A DNA stretch of 64,000 bases from Terriglobia bacterium (GCA_020073605.1 JAIQEW010000015.1:10231-74230); one strand, 5' to 3'; shown: positions 55,645 to 63,856, numbered from the stretch's first letter. Numbers and translations are program-made. The notes: generated from the sequence alone by a model not told the origin.

Positions 55645-55698
55645 GGTGACTGGTGATTTGTGATTAGCGAGTAGTGACTCGTAACCTGTAACTCGTGG
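55645..55698. repeat. Heptad-periodic GTGRYTN tract
   Basis: GTGACTG GTGATTT GTGATTA GCGAGTA GTGACTC GTAACCT GTAACTC GTGGCGG, 5' of the methyltransferase gene. Confidence 0.75.
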
Positions 55699-55883
55699 CG
55701 GGTACGGCACTGAATGGCGATGTTGAGAACCAATGTGCATGACGAAGTGGAAATCTGATGTCTTCTAGAGTGGCATACTTTCGTCATCCACTTTGTGCCA
55801 CATTTGGACACTCGTTACTACTTAGCGCTACTTTGTGCTACGATATGTCTTTGTTGTTCTTATTGTTGTGGTGGGAGAACCAC

Positions 55884-56150
55884 ATGGCACGACGTAGAAA
55901 GCTATCGACAACTGTATCCCCGGAAGGATACTCCTTTCTTCGCGGTCTGGTCCGTGCGGGCAAGGCAAGCAACCTTGCTCAGGCAATCGACTTGGTACTC
56001 GAGGAATTTCGACGTATCGAGAATCGGCGCAGGCTCGAGCGGGCCACAGCTGAGTATTACGAGAAAGCATCGCAAGAAGCGATTGACGAGGAGAACCATC
56101 TCGCGGCTGCGTTCTCTGCTACCGCGAGCGAAATAGAGATCGATGGCTAA
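55884..56150 (+). CDS. Ribbon-helix-helix (CopG-like) antitoxin
   Basis: 88 aa. MARRRKLSTTVSPEGYSFLRGLV.. (beta strand plus helices). 8-nt overlap with the toxin gene. GGGAG SD. Confidence 0.65.
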   Translation: MARRRKLSTTVSPEGYSFLRGLVRAGKASNLAQAIDLVLEEFRRIENRRRLERATAEYYEKASQEAIDEENHLAAAFSATASEIEIDG

Positions 56151-56508
56151 CCCTGCACCGCGCCGCGGAGAAATATGGATTGCCAACACGGGTGATCCCC
56201 CGCGGAGGCATTGGGTTGTAATCGTGTCTGTCGATACTCGCAATCAAAGCCCGCGCGCCGAGTCAGTATTGGCGGTCCCCTTCGGTAGCAAGCCCGCGGG
56301 TGCACCGACGATCATTGCATTTGAGCCCGGCGAAACTGGCCTGCCGGGTCCGTCGTACCTGCGGGGCGAACTGATTCAACCCCTTTTGAAATCACGCCTC
56401 GTCGAGCGACTCAATCGTCCTTTGTCAGATCGCCGAATGCGTGAGGTATGCCTGGCGATCCGGCGCTCCTTCGATCCGGATGCCCCTGCCGACAATCCTC
56501 GAATCTAG
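56143..56508 (+). CDS. PemK/MazF-family type II toxin (endoribonuclease)
   Basis: 121 aa. RRGEIWIANTGDPPRRHWVVIVSVD .. VLAVPFGSKP fits the MazF/PemK SH3-like barrel pattern. Confidence 0.75.
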   Translation: MANPAPRRGEIWIANTGDPPRRHWVVIVSVDTRNQSPRAESVLAVPFGSKPAGAPTIIAFEPGETGLPGPSYLRGELIQPLLKSRLVERLNRPLSDRRMREVCLAIRRSFDPDAPADNPRI

Positions 56509-58889
56509 TTCGTACCCCTCACAAGGGCGAAGGGATCGGGCTTGGCCCAGGGGGCGAGCTTGGTGAGCGAGAACCAGGAGCCGACGGCGTTGGTCCCGAG
56601 CTGGTACGAGACGCGCTCGGCGAGCACGTTGGTGAACTGCTCCATGTCGCGCGAGGCAGGCGCGCCGAGCGTCCACGAGCCAAGTGACTGGACCACCACG
56701 CTGCCCGGTGAAAGCGCCGCCAGCGCGAGCGAGCCCGCTCCCTGCACGTAGGCCGTGAGATAGCCGAAGAGATTTCTCCCGCTGAAGCCCGTGGCCGCGA
56801 GAAACGCGGTCGAATAGAACGAATTGATCGCCGCGCCGTCATCTGCATGTGCGCCGGGCGTGAGCGCGTAAACCTTCCCGCTTGAATTATTCGACCCGAG
56901 AAAGACCTGCGCGACCCCCGTGGGCCGCTCGATCAGCGCGCACGAATTTGCGGAAATCATCCAAGGCGCCCATTTCCGCGAGCGCTCCGGCGCGGTGAGC
57001 ATGGCGACGAGCGGGTCGCCGAATCCTTCGGTGTAGTCGAGCATGAGGATCTGGTTCGGCTGTGTCGCGCTGCCCATCGGCACGCCCACCAGAATGCGTT
57101 TGTGCTGCGTATCCACCTGCACCCAGATGAGCTGGCCGTACTGCCAGTTGATCGCGTCCCACGTGGGCTGAATTTCCTGGGAAATCTTCACAGGCTCGCT
57201 GCCGTCGAAGAGGTAGAGTCCCGAGCGACTGGCGATCACGACCCATTCCTCGCCGTACCCGACGCCGCGCGGCGAAGGCGTGCCGACGCTGTTGGACACT
57301 TCCTCGACCTGCCACAGCGCCGGCTCGTTGACGCCGTCGGTGGCCGTCACATACATGCTGCGTTCCTTGACGAAGTAGAGGTTGTTGCGCAGCTTGAACG
57401 CGGCGCGAATTCCCTGCCCGTTGTTTTCGGCGATGCTCATGATTCCGGTGACGCCGTCGTAGGCCTCGGGCTTTTCCGTGCCGGACGCGCGCACCAGTGA
57501 AGGATCCTGCGGCGCGCTGGTGACGAAGATTTCGATGTTGTCGATGGCGAAGTATTCGCCGCTCGGCGCGGGAATGCCGTCCACGTAGACGCGCAGGATG
57601 AGGTCGGACGGCAGGGACGTCTGCGGCGTGAAGAGCTGCGCGGTGAATTCCTGGTAGCTGGTGGTGGTCTGCGCGATCGTGACGGACATGCCCGCGCCGA
57701 GCAGCCCGACCGTCGGGCTGTAGGCATTGACGCGCAGCGTGCCGGCCGAAATATTCCCGGAGTGCTTCACGCGAGCGCGCACGGAGTAGCCCGTGTTTTT
57801 CACCATCAGAGGATTTCCCGCTGCGTCCGTGATGGCGCTTTGATAGATCATGCCGCGCGCGGCGGTGGCGCCGTCGGCCGTCATACGGTACGCGTCGCCC
57901 CAGATCGCGTCGACCGGGTCGCGGCTGCCGCCCGCGCCGAACGTCAGATCGAGCTGCCAGCCGAGCGGGCGTCCGCTGCCCGATGCGTCCCAGCCGCCGT
58001 CGAAGGTGAGGTTGCGCCAGTTGTCCATGTTGGCGCGCTCGCCCCACCAGAAAAGTCGCTCGGCGTAATCGACCACGCCGAGCTGTTCCTGAAGCTCGAT
58101 CTGGCTGAAAAGATAATCCACGCTCGCGCCGGAGAGCAGAATCGCATCCGTGAAATCGACGGTGAGCGACGTGGTGGTGTTGTCGTTGATCGCCATCGTC
58201 GCGGGCACGTGATAGAAGCTCGCGCCGCCCGACGCCGTGAACGCGAGCAGGCGCTGCACCACGTTCGACGGGCCGGTGGGAATATTCGTCACGCTCACTT
58301 TCTTGGTGCCCGCGGCGGTCCACGAAACCGGCGGCGATGGCGCGGTCCAGTAGCCCTGCCGCGTGACGAATACGACCACGCACTGATGCACGCCCGGCGA
58401 AATGTTTCCACTGGGCGTGTCGGCGACGGATGGTCCTTCGGCGGGGCCGATCTGGCTGACGCGATCGTAGTTTACGTCGTCGTACTGCCGCGGCAGGTCC
58501 TGGCCGGTGAGGCCGTCGCCGATCGCCATGTACTCGCGGCCGAAATGCGTGGTCGAGGTGAAATATAGATTTGGCTGCGAGGCGCCCGCGAGCAAAAGCG
58601 AAAGCGTGCCGGGCGTGATTTCCTTGTAGAGATTTCCGAAGGAATCGAGCGCGAGCAGGTGCGGGACGAGATTGGGCGTGATGTAGCTCTTCATCCCGTT
58701 GATCTTCGGCGCGCCGGCGAGCACCGGGAATTGCGAGACGAGGCCGGGGCGCGTGCGGACTCCTCCCGGGAAGAAATCGACGTCGCCGAGATTGGGCGAC
58801 ATCCCGGGCGGCACGTCGGAGGGGTCGAGGAGCGTGACCCATGTGCCGAAGGTGGTCAGCGGTAGAGGCGAAAAGGTTTCGATGGACAT
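56505..58889 (-). CDS. Large phage-like virion/tail structural protein (family not identified)
   Basis: 794 aa, beta-rich, no signal peptide. The alternative 692-aa frame is Arg-rich noise. It sits among other phage-like genes and is bounded by repeat tracts. Confidence 0.55.
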   Translation of the reverse strand: MSIETFSPLPLTTFGTWVTLLDPSDVPPGMSPNLGDVDFFPGGVRTRPGLVSQFPVLAGAPKINGMKSYITPNLVPHLLALDSFGNLYKEITPGTLSLLLAGASQPNLYFTSTTHFGREYMAIGDGLTGQDLPRQYDDVNYDRVSQIGPAEGPSVADTPSGNISPGVHQCVVVFVTRQGYWTAPSPPVSWTAAGTKKVSVTNIPTGPSNVVQRLLAFTASGGASFYHVPATMAINDNTTTSLTVDFTDAILLSGASVDYLFSQIELQEQLGVVDYAERLFWWGERANMDNWRNLTFDGGWDASGSGRPLGWQLDLTFGAGGSRDPVDAIWGDAYRMTADGATAARGMIYQSAITDAAGNPLMVKNTGYSVRARVKHSGNISAGTLRVNAYSPTVGLLGAGMSVTIAQTTTSYQEFTAQLFTPQTSLPSDLILRVYVDGIPAPSGEYFAIDNIEIFVTSAPQDPSLVRASGTEKPEAYDGVTGIMSIAENNGQGIRAAFKLRNNLYFVKERSMYVTATDGVNEPALWQVEEVSNSVGTPSPRGVGYGEEWVVIASRSGLYLFDGSEPVKISQEIQPTWDAINWQYGQLIWVQVDTQHKRILVGVPMGSATQPNQILMLDYTEGFGDPLVAMLTAPERSRKWAPWMISANSCALIERPTGVAQVFLGSNNSSGKVYALTPGAHADDGAAINSFYSTAFLAATGFSGRNLFGYLTAYVQGAGSLALAALSPGSVVVQSLGSWTLGAPASRDMEQFTNVLAERVSYQLGTNAVGSWFSLTKLAPWAKPDPFALVRGTN

Positions 58890-58892
58890 GGG

Positions 58893-58962
58893 AGTGACCA
58901 GTGGCTAGTGAGGAGTGGCTGGTGAAGAACGTGATTCGTGACTTGTGATTCGTGACTCGTGG
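58893..58962. repeat. Heptad-periodic GTGRYTN tract (longest copy, 10 heptads)
   Basis: GTGACCA GTGGCTA GTGAGGA GTGGCTG GTGAAGA ac GTGATTC GTGACTT GTGATTC GTGACTC GTGGCAC, starting 4 nt 5' of the 58889 start codon. Confidence 0.8.
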
Positions 58963-58997
58963 CACCCAGTCGGCGACGCAAGCGGGGTCTCAGCGCG

Positions 58998-59095
58998 CTC
59001 TGTGGAACTCTGTGTTCTCCGTGGTGAGCGCTTTTGGGGCCTCGGCACAGAAGATGAAACACAGAGGTCACAGAGGACGCACAGAGGCCACGGAG
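58998..59095. repeat. CTCTGTG/CACAGAG palindromic REP-like element
   Basis: Left arm CTCTGTGGAACTCTGTGTTCTCCGTGGTGAGC and right arm GAAACACAGAGGTCACAGAGGACGCACAGAGGCCACGGAG. A near-identical element lies at 63857-63951. Confidence 0.8.
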
Positions 59096-59130
59096 AAGTG
59101 TGGCGTGTGGCTGGCGACTGGCATGGGTTT

Positions 59131-59158
59131 GCACTAGCCACTAATCACTCGTTACTGC
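59131..59158. repeat. Heptad tract, opposite orientation
   Basis: GCACTAGCCACTAATCACTCGTTACTGC overlaps the stop of the 117-aa gene. Confidence 0.65.
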
Positions 59159-59505
59159 ATTTTCTTGAATATTCCGTAGAACGTGATCGTGTCGGAGGTG
59201 ATCGCGCTGGGATACGCGCCCGAGGCAAGCTCCGGGAATGCGCCGGCGCTGCCGCCCTGCTGGAAGATTTTCACCTTGCCGTTCGAGAGCGAGGAGCCGG
59301 GAATGAACACGTAGTCGTAGCCGGCGAGGCCGTCCATCCAGGCGGTGCCTTGAATGGGCGCTTGCGTGGCGGCGATGAGCGGAAATTGCGAGAGATCGAG
59401 CGTGTCGCCGCTGGTCGAGTAGTTCCCCGACGCGGCGGCGGTGCCGGTCACGTGGATGCGCTTGCCGTCGTCCCACGTGTCGACGAGTGTGAATGTGAGT
59501 GCCAT
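59152..59505 (-). CDS. Small phage-like structural protein (family not identified)
   Basis: 117 aa, beta-rich (MALTFTLVDTWDDGKRIHVTGTAAASGNY..), flanked by repeat tracts on both sides. Confidence 0.5.
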   Translation of the reverse strand: MALTFTLVDTWDDGKRIHVTGTAAASGNYSTSGDTLDLSQFPLIAATQAPIQGTAWMDGLAGYDYVFIPGSSLSNGKVKIFQQGGSAGAFPELASGAYPSAITSDTITFYGIFKKMQ

Positions 59506-59523
59506 GGTTCCTCCGGAGAAGGC

Positions 59524-59558
59524 AGTGGCTTGTGACTAGTGATTCGTGAGTAGTGGTC
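59524..59558. repeat. Heptad tract (left arm of an inverted pair around the 59685-60071 gene)
   Basis: GTGGCTT GTGACTA GTGATTC GTGAGTA GTGGTCC. Confidence 0.75.
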
Positions 59559-59684
59559 CCGAAAATTCTTGAGTGGCGAGCCTGCCCGCCGAAGCGCTTG
59601 GGCGTAGGCGGGTGGCGCCGGGATGGTTGTTTTTTGGGGGAAAAGGCGTACCATCGGCCCACGTTCGGCGCCGAGGGGGTACGG

Positions 59685-60071
59685 ATGCCGATAATTACGA
59701 AAGTCGATCACGAACGCCGCGAGGTCCAGGCGATCGCGGTGGGGCCGGTCAGTTACGCCGATGTGGAAGAGCACATCGTGCAGCAGCGGCGCCTGGACAG
59801 CGTGTCCTACCGCGAATTCCTCGATGGCCGGGGCGCCGGGCTCAGCCTCAGTCCCGCCGAAGTCCGCCGCATCGTGGAGCTGCTGCGAGAAATGAGCCGG
59901 GAGGCGCCGCTCGGCCGCACGGCCGTGCTCGTCCCGTCGGATTACGCGTTCGGAATGGTCCGCATGCTCGAGATGCTTCTCGAGGAGGTCTTCGAATTGA
60001 GACCCTTCCGTGACGAGCAGGAAGCCCGCGCGTGGCTGGAAGGAAACGCGGCCAAAGGTCAAGCCACGTAA
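59685..60071 (+). CDS. Hypothetical 128-aa protein (possibly STAS/SpoIIAA-like fold)
   Basis: GAGGGGG SD before ATG 59685. The pattern ..AVGPVSYADVEEHI..LDGRGAGLSLSPAEVRRIV..RTAVLVPSDYAFGMVRM..ARAWL is reminiscent of small STAS-like regulators. This is a weak call. Confidence 0.45.
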   Translation: MPIITKVDHERREVQAIAVGPVSYADVEEHIVQQRRLDSVSYREFLDGRGAGLSLSPAEVRRIVELLREMSREAPLGRTAVLVPSDYAFGMVRMLEMLLEEVFELRPFRDEQEARAWLEGNAAKGQAT

Positions 60072-60082
60072 GCCGCGGGGCC

Positions 60083-60119
60083 GGTCACCAATCACTAGTC
60101 ACTACTCACCACTCACTGG
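60083..60119. repeat. Heptad tract (right arm, inverted)
   Basis: GGTCACCAATCACTAGTCACTACTCACCACTCACTGG. Its reverse complement shares GTGACTAGTGATTsGTGA with 59524-59558. Confidence 0.75.
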
Positions 60120-60202
60120 TATGATTGGCGGCTTGCGACGCAACCCGAACGCCTGCTTGTGAATCCAAAGCGTCGAATCCTTACCCAAAGAGGGGGAGCT
60201 TG

Positions 60203-62029
60203 GTGCGGCGACTGCTGGTTGTCTGTGGTGTGACGGTGCTGATCTACGCGGCGTTTGCCGCGGCCCCCCGAAATCCCGCGGGCACGGCCTCGGCCGCGAG
60301 CACAGGCAGCTTTCAGGTGATCGCGCCCGATCCGCCGGGCTGTCCTATGGGCCCGGCCGTCACCTTCTGCAACCGGTTTCCCGGCACCACCAGCGATCCT
60401 CTGCTGTTCACGGTCCTCATCGAAACCGCGGTTAACAATCCCACCGTGACATTCGCGGCTGTCCCCGGACTTGCGGCGAACTTCGCCGCAAACGATTTCT
60501 CCATTACCAACAACACCTGTACGGGGAGCCTCCCGGGGGGCTCGACGTGCGCCTTCGATGTCCTCTTCTCGCCGACGACAACCGGCCTGCGGGAAGCGGC
60601 GGTTACGTTCAATGGCAAGCAACTGATCAACGTCGCCGGGACCGGCGCGACGTTCGTGCTCGTACGTCCCACGTCGGCTCCGAACTGCTCGCAGCCGAAC
60701 CCGTCGGACAACGCGTTCATGTACTGTCAGGAGGCGGTCGGCGCCACGAGCGCGACACAAACGTTTACGGTGATGACCAGCAGCGCGGTCACTGGCCTCA
60801 ACATCACGTTCGCGGCCGTTCCGGGGTTGTCGTCCGAATTCAACGCTGTGGATTTCACGATCGAGAGCACGACGTGCACCGGCACACTGGCGGCGAACGG
60901 GAGTTGCACGGTCGATGTGGCGTTCACGCCGACGACGGCCGGGCTCCGCTCCACGGTGCTGACGGCGACCGATTCCGCGAGCGATACGGCGACGATCTAT
61001 CTTGCGGGTCACACGAATACAGGCCTTTTGTTTACGTTGCCGATTTCGGCTACCTGCTCATTTGGGAACTTTGAGTTCTGCAACGAGCCGGTCGGCGGCA
61101 ACTCGGCCGCGACCACGTTCACGCTGACGAACATTTCCGGCGCACAGCTCAGCGGCGTCACGGCACCTATGACTTCGGCCGCCAAGGATTTCACCGTGAC
61201 GGGGACAAATTGCGTGTCTGTACTGGCAGCGAGCGCGACGTGCACGATCAGCGTGGAGTTCACGCCGCAGGCTGCGGGGCTGCGCCAGGATACGCTCACC
61301 GTCACCGACGCGCAGGGCGATATCGGCGCCGCGAACCTCGCCGGGACCGGGGACAACTTCAGCCTTCAGATCGTGCCGGGCCAGACGCCCGAGCTCACGG
61401 TGATTCCCGGAGGGACGGCGACGTTCATGGCTCAGGCGAGTGCCGACAGCGTTTTCGGCCAGAACGGCGAGAAGATCGCGCTGGTGTGCCCGAAGAATCT
61501 GCCGAAATTCGCGACGTGCGCGTTCAATCCGTGCCCGGTGAGCGTCACCCCCGGCACCGCGACGCCGTTCAGCGTCGTGATCGTGACGGCGTCCGCCAAG
61601 ACGCCCGCGCCACCGGTGGCCAGCGCGTGCCCGGGCACTTCGTCCGCGAATGCCGCGCCCGGAGGATTCGATGCGCCGCGCGGGCCACGCCTCGTGTTTC
61701 AGGTCGCGCCGCAGACCGCGCCGCGCGCGCTGCGATTCCCTGCCCCGTTCGTTTTCTACCTCGTGTTGCTCGCGACTCTTGCCGCGATGGCGATCGTGCT
61801 TTTCGGTGCACGCGTGTCATCACGCAGGCGCGTGCCGCTTGTTTTCGGGATCGCAGGCCTTGCCGCGGCGATTCTGCTCGGATGCGGCGGCCACGGCAAC
61901 GCCATTTCGACCGCCACGCCGACGGGCGTTACCACAATGACGATTCTCGCGAACGCGACCGATTCCAGCGGCAATCCGATCAACGCTTCCCGCGCGTTTC
62001 AGATCACCCTCGACGTTGTAGCGAAGTGA
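60203..62029 (+). CDS. Choice-of-anchor D-type repeat surface protein with C-terminal TM/lipobox-like module
   Basis: GTG 60203 (or TTG 60200) after GAGGGGGAG. Signal-like RRLLVVCGVTVLIYAAFAAAP. Five or more repeats of ..F..N.C.G.L..GSTC...V.F.P...GLR...L.. typical of choice-of-anchor D / ASH-like domains. Confidence 0.7.
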   Translation: MRRLLVVCGVTVLIYAAFAAAPRNPAGTASAASTGSFQVIAPDPPGCPMGPAVTFCNRFPGTTSDPLLFTVLIETAVNNPTVTFAAVPGLAANFAANDFSITNNTCTGSLPGGSTCAFDVLFSPTTTGLREAAVTFNGKQLINVAGTGATFVLVRPTSAPNCSQPNPSDNAFMYCQEAVGATSATQTFTVMTSSAVTGLNITFAAVPGLSSEFNAVDFTIESTTCTGTLAANGSCTVDVAFTPTTAGLRSTVLTATDSASDTATIYLAGHTNTGLLFTLPISATCSFGNFEFCNEPVGGNSAATTFTLTNISGAQLSGVTAPMTSAAKDFTVTGTNCVSVLAASATCTISVEFTPQAAGLRQDTLTVTDAQGDIGAANLAGTGDNFSLQIVPGQTPELTVIPGGTATFMAQASADSVFGQNGEKIALVCPKNLPKFATCAFNPCPVSVTPGTATPFSVVIVTASAKTPAPPVASACPGTSSANAAPGGFDAPRGPRLVFQVAPQTAPRALRFPAPFVFYLVLLATLAAMAIVLFGARVSSRRRVPLVFGIAGLAAAILLGCGGHGNAISTATPTGVTTMTILANATDSSGNPINASRAFQITLDVVAK

Positions 62030-62047
62030 CGAGGTGAGGACTCAAAC

Positions 62048-62743
62048 GTGAGCGTTCGCATTTGCGCGTTGACCGTTGCGCTGGCTCTAGCCGGTGCCTA
62101 CCAAGGACGGCCGACGGCCGAATCTGCCACGCCGGCATTCGTGCAAGGAATCGTGTCAAATGAAGTCGGCGCACGAATCGCAGGGGCCGAGCTCCAATTT
62201 GCAACCGAGGACAACAGAATTGTCGCCCAGACGTGGTCAAACGGCACTTACGACGCCAAGCTGCCGCCTGGTGTTTACGCGGTTCGAGTGATGCATTCGG
62301 GCTTCTGCGAGGGACGCCGGGGTAGTTTCTCTGCACGGGCAGGCGCTGAGATTCGTCTCGATTTCGGGTTATTGCGTTGCGGTTCGGATGACTATCGCGT
62401 CGGAGTTGGAGGGACGCTCATCAACCGTTTAGGGTATGACTCCGAGGAATTGGCAACACCCACGGTCGACGGCTTGAAGCCGCTGGTTCTGTTTGGAGAA
62501 CGCAAGGAAAGCGACGGCACTGTTCACTATTCAAGTCTCGTTCTCTTGGACCGGCAGTACCCGGTCGTTTACACGTATGACTTGTTGACGATCAAGGCGC
62601 CGTATCTCACGTACTCGCCAAAAGATCATTCCATTGACGGAAACGGTGGCGTGGTCTGGCAAGACGGCAGTTCGACACAAAACGGTTCGCGCATCAAGGT
62701 CACATTCCGCAACGATGTCCCTGAGATCAATCTGACGAAGTAA
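62048..62743 (+). CDS. Secreted protein with carboxypeptidase-regulatory-like domain
   Basis: GTG start. Signal peptide MSVRICALTVALALAGAY. GIVSNEVGARIAGAELQF..NGTYDAKLPPGVYAVRV is CarboxypepD_reg-like. Confidence 0.6.
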   Translation: MSVRICALTVALALAGAYQGRPTAESATPAFVQGIVSNEVGARIAGAELQFATEDNRIVAQTWSNGTYDAKLPPGVYAVRVMHSGFCEGRRGSFSARAGAEIRLDFGLLRCGSDDYRVGVGGTLINRLGYDSEELATPTVDGLKPLVLFGERKESDGTVHYSSLVLLDRQYPVVYTYDLLTIKAPYLTYSPKDHSIDGNGGVVWQDGSSTQNGSRIKVTFRNDVPEINLTK

Positions 62744-62764
62744 GCGCGCCGTTCCTTCTCTCCA

Positions 62765-63481
62765 CTATAGATAAACCACTCGCCGATGATGGCCGTAGGG
62801 CATGCGGCGGCGGCCCTTGGTCTGTTCCGGGCGCACGTAGCGCTCGATCAGATTCTCGACCGCCATCTGCGCCGTGCCAAGCAAATCTTGCGCCAGAGCC
62901 CGCGCGCCGCGAGAACGCGCAGCCAGCGCCGCGGTCGCGAATCCCAGCGGGTCCGTGGCAGCGCGAATCTGCACGGGATCGGTGCCGAGCGTGAGCAGCG
63001 GCAGGATTTTCTCGTAGCGGATGCGGACGGTAATCGATTGTGTGGCGCCGATCAGGCTGATTTTGTCCTCGCGCCATTCCCACAAGCGCAGGTAGGTGCT
63101 CGGCTGGAGATTGAGCATCGCGCCGCCGCTGGTGAATTTCTCCATCGGGACGAAGACGTCGGTGGTGTTCGCCGTGGCGCGCTCCCACAGCATGTGCGGC
63201 GCGAGGCAGTCGGTGGGAAGCTGCGGGCTCGACGTGTCGCTGATCTCTGTGGGCGTGACGCCGCTCGTGGGGTCGGGATCGAGCTGGAGGTCCTGCTGCT
63301 CGGCCAGGACACTGACGCCGTTTTCGGCGAGCTCGCGCTGCAAGCCGCGGTAGGCGGAATTGAGCAGCGGCATCAGTAGCGCGTCGGTGAAGACCGATCC
63401 CGCCGTGTCGTTGACCAGCGCGCGCGCCAGGTTCAGCGCGTCTTCCGCCTGCGAGTACGCCGTTGTGGGGACGACGGGCAT
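62765..63481 (-). CDS. Phage-like virion protein (adaptor/connector-like, family not identified)
   Basis: 238 aa. The N-terminal helical AEDALNLARALVNDTAGSVFTDALLMPLLNSAYRGLQREL is reminiscent of phage head-tail or adaptor proteins. This is a weak call. Confidence 0.5.
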   Translation of the reverse strand: MPVVPTTAYSQAEDALNLARALVNDTAGSVFTDALLMPLLNSAYRGLQRELAENGVSVLAEQQDLQLDPDPTSGVTPTEISDTSSPQLPTDCLAPHMLWERATANTTDVFVPMEKFTSGGAMLNLQPSTYLRLWEWREDKISLIGATQSITVRIRYEKILPLLTLGTDPVQIRAATDPLGFATAALAARSRGARALAQDLLGTAQMAVENLIERYVRPEQTKGRRRMPYGHHRRVVYL

Positions 63482-63618
63482 GGGAGCCTCCGGTTGGCTT
63501 GAGTACAGGTGGCGCGATAGTGCTGCTCAGTGCGGTTTCGGACTAGGGGTGAGGTGCGAGGGTTGAGGAGCGAAACTCAGCGCGCGATCCTCTCATCCCT
63601 CGTCCCTCACGCCTTGCC

Positions 63619-63837
63619 CTATTGGGGTATCGGTGACTGGCGAAGATAGAGCGCGACGCCGAGGACGGCGCTGATCGCGGCGCTCGCACCGCCGATCGTC
63701 AGCGTGTGCGACATTCCCGCCGCCAGATTGAAATGGTTCGGGTCGATGCCGATGGCGGCAAAGCCTGTGACGATTCCGTTCGCGCCGCCGGAAACCGCCG
63801 CGGCGGCGACGCCTTTGATCCATATGCGTATGTCCAT
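63619..63837 (-). CDS. Small two-TM Gly/Ala-rich membrane protein (holin-like)
   Basis: 72 aa. IKGVAAAAVSGGANGIVTGFAAIGI and TIGGASAAISAVLGVALYL. Confidence 0.4.
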   Translation of the reverse strand: MDIRIWIKGVAAAAVSGGANGIVTGFAAIGIDPNHFNLAAGMSHTLTIGGASAAISAVLGVALYLRQSPIPQ

Positions 63838-63856
63838 GGGAACCCTCGGAAGTTTT

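Noticed and set aside
56887-58965. 692-aa minus-strand ORF overlapping the 794-aa gene in another frame
   Set aside because: It has an extreme Arg/Pro/Gly/His composition typical of off-frame translation in high-GC DNA. Its N-terminus only translates the heptad repeat (..HKSRITFFTSHSSLATGHS..). The 794-aa frame has protein-like composition.
47335-63837. Diversity-generating retroelement or retron associated with the tail-like genes
   Set aside because: No reverse-transcriptase-like ORF is present, and no template/variable repeat pair was seen in the window. The repeats present are intergenic structural repeats.
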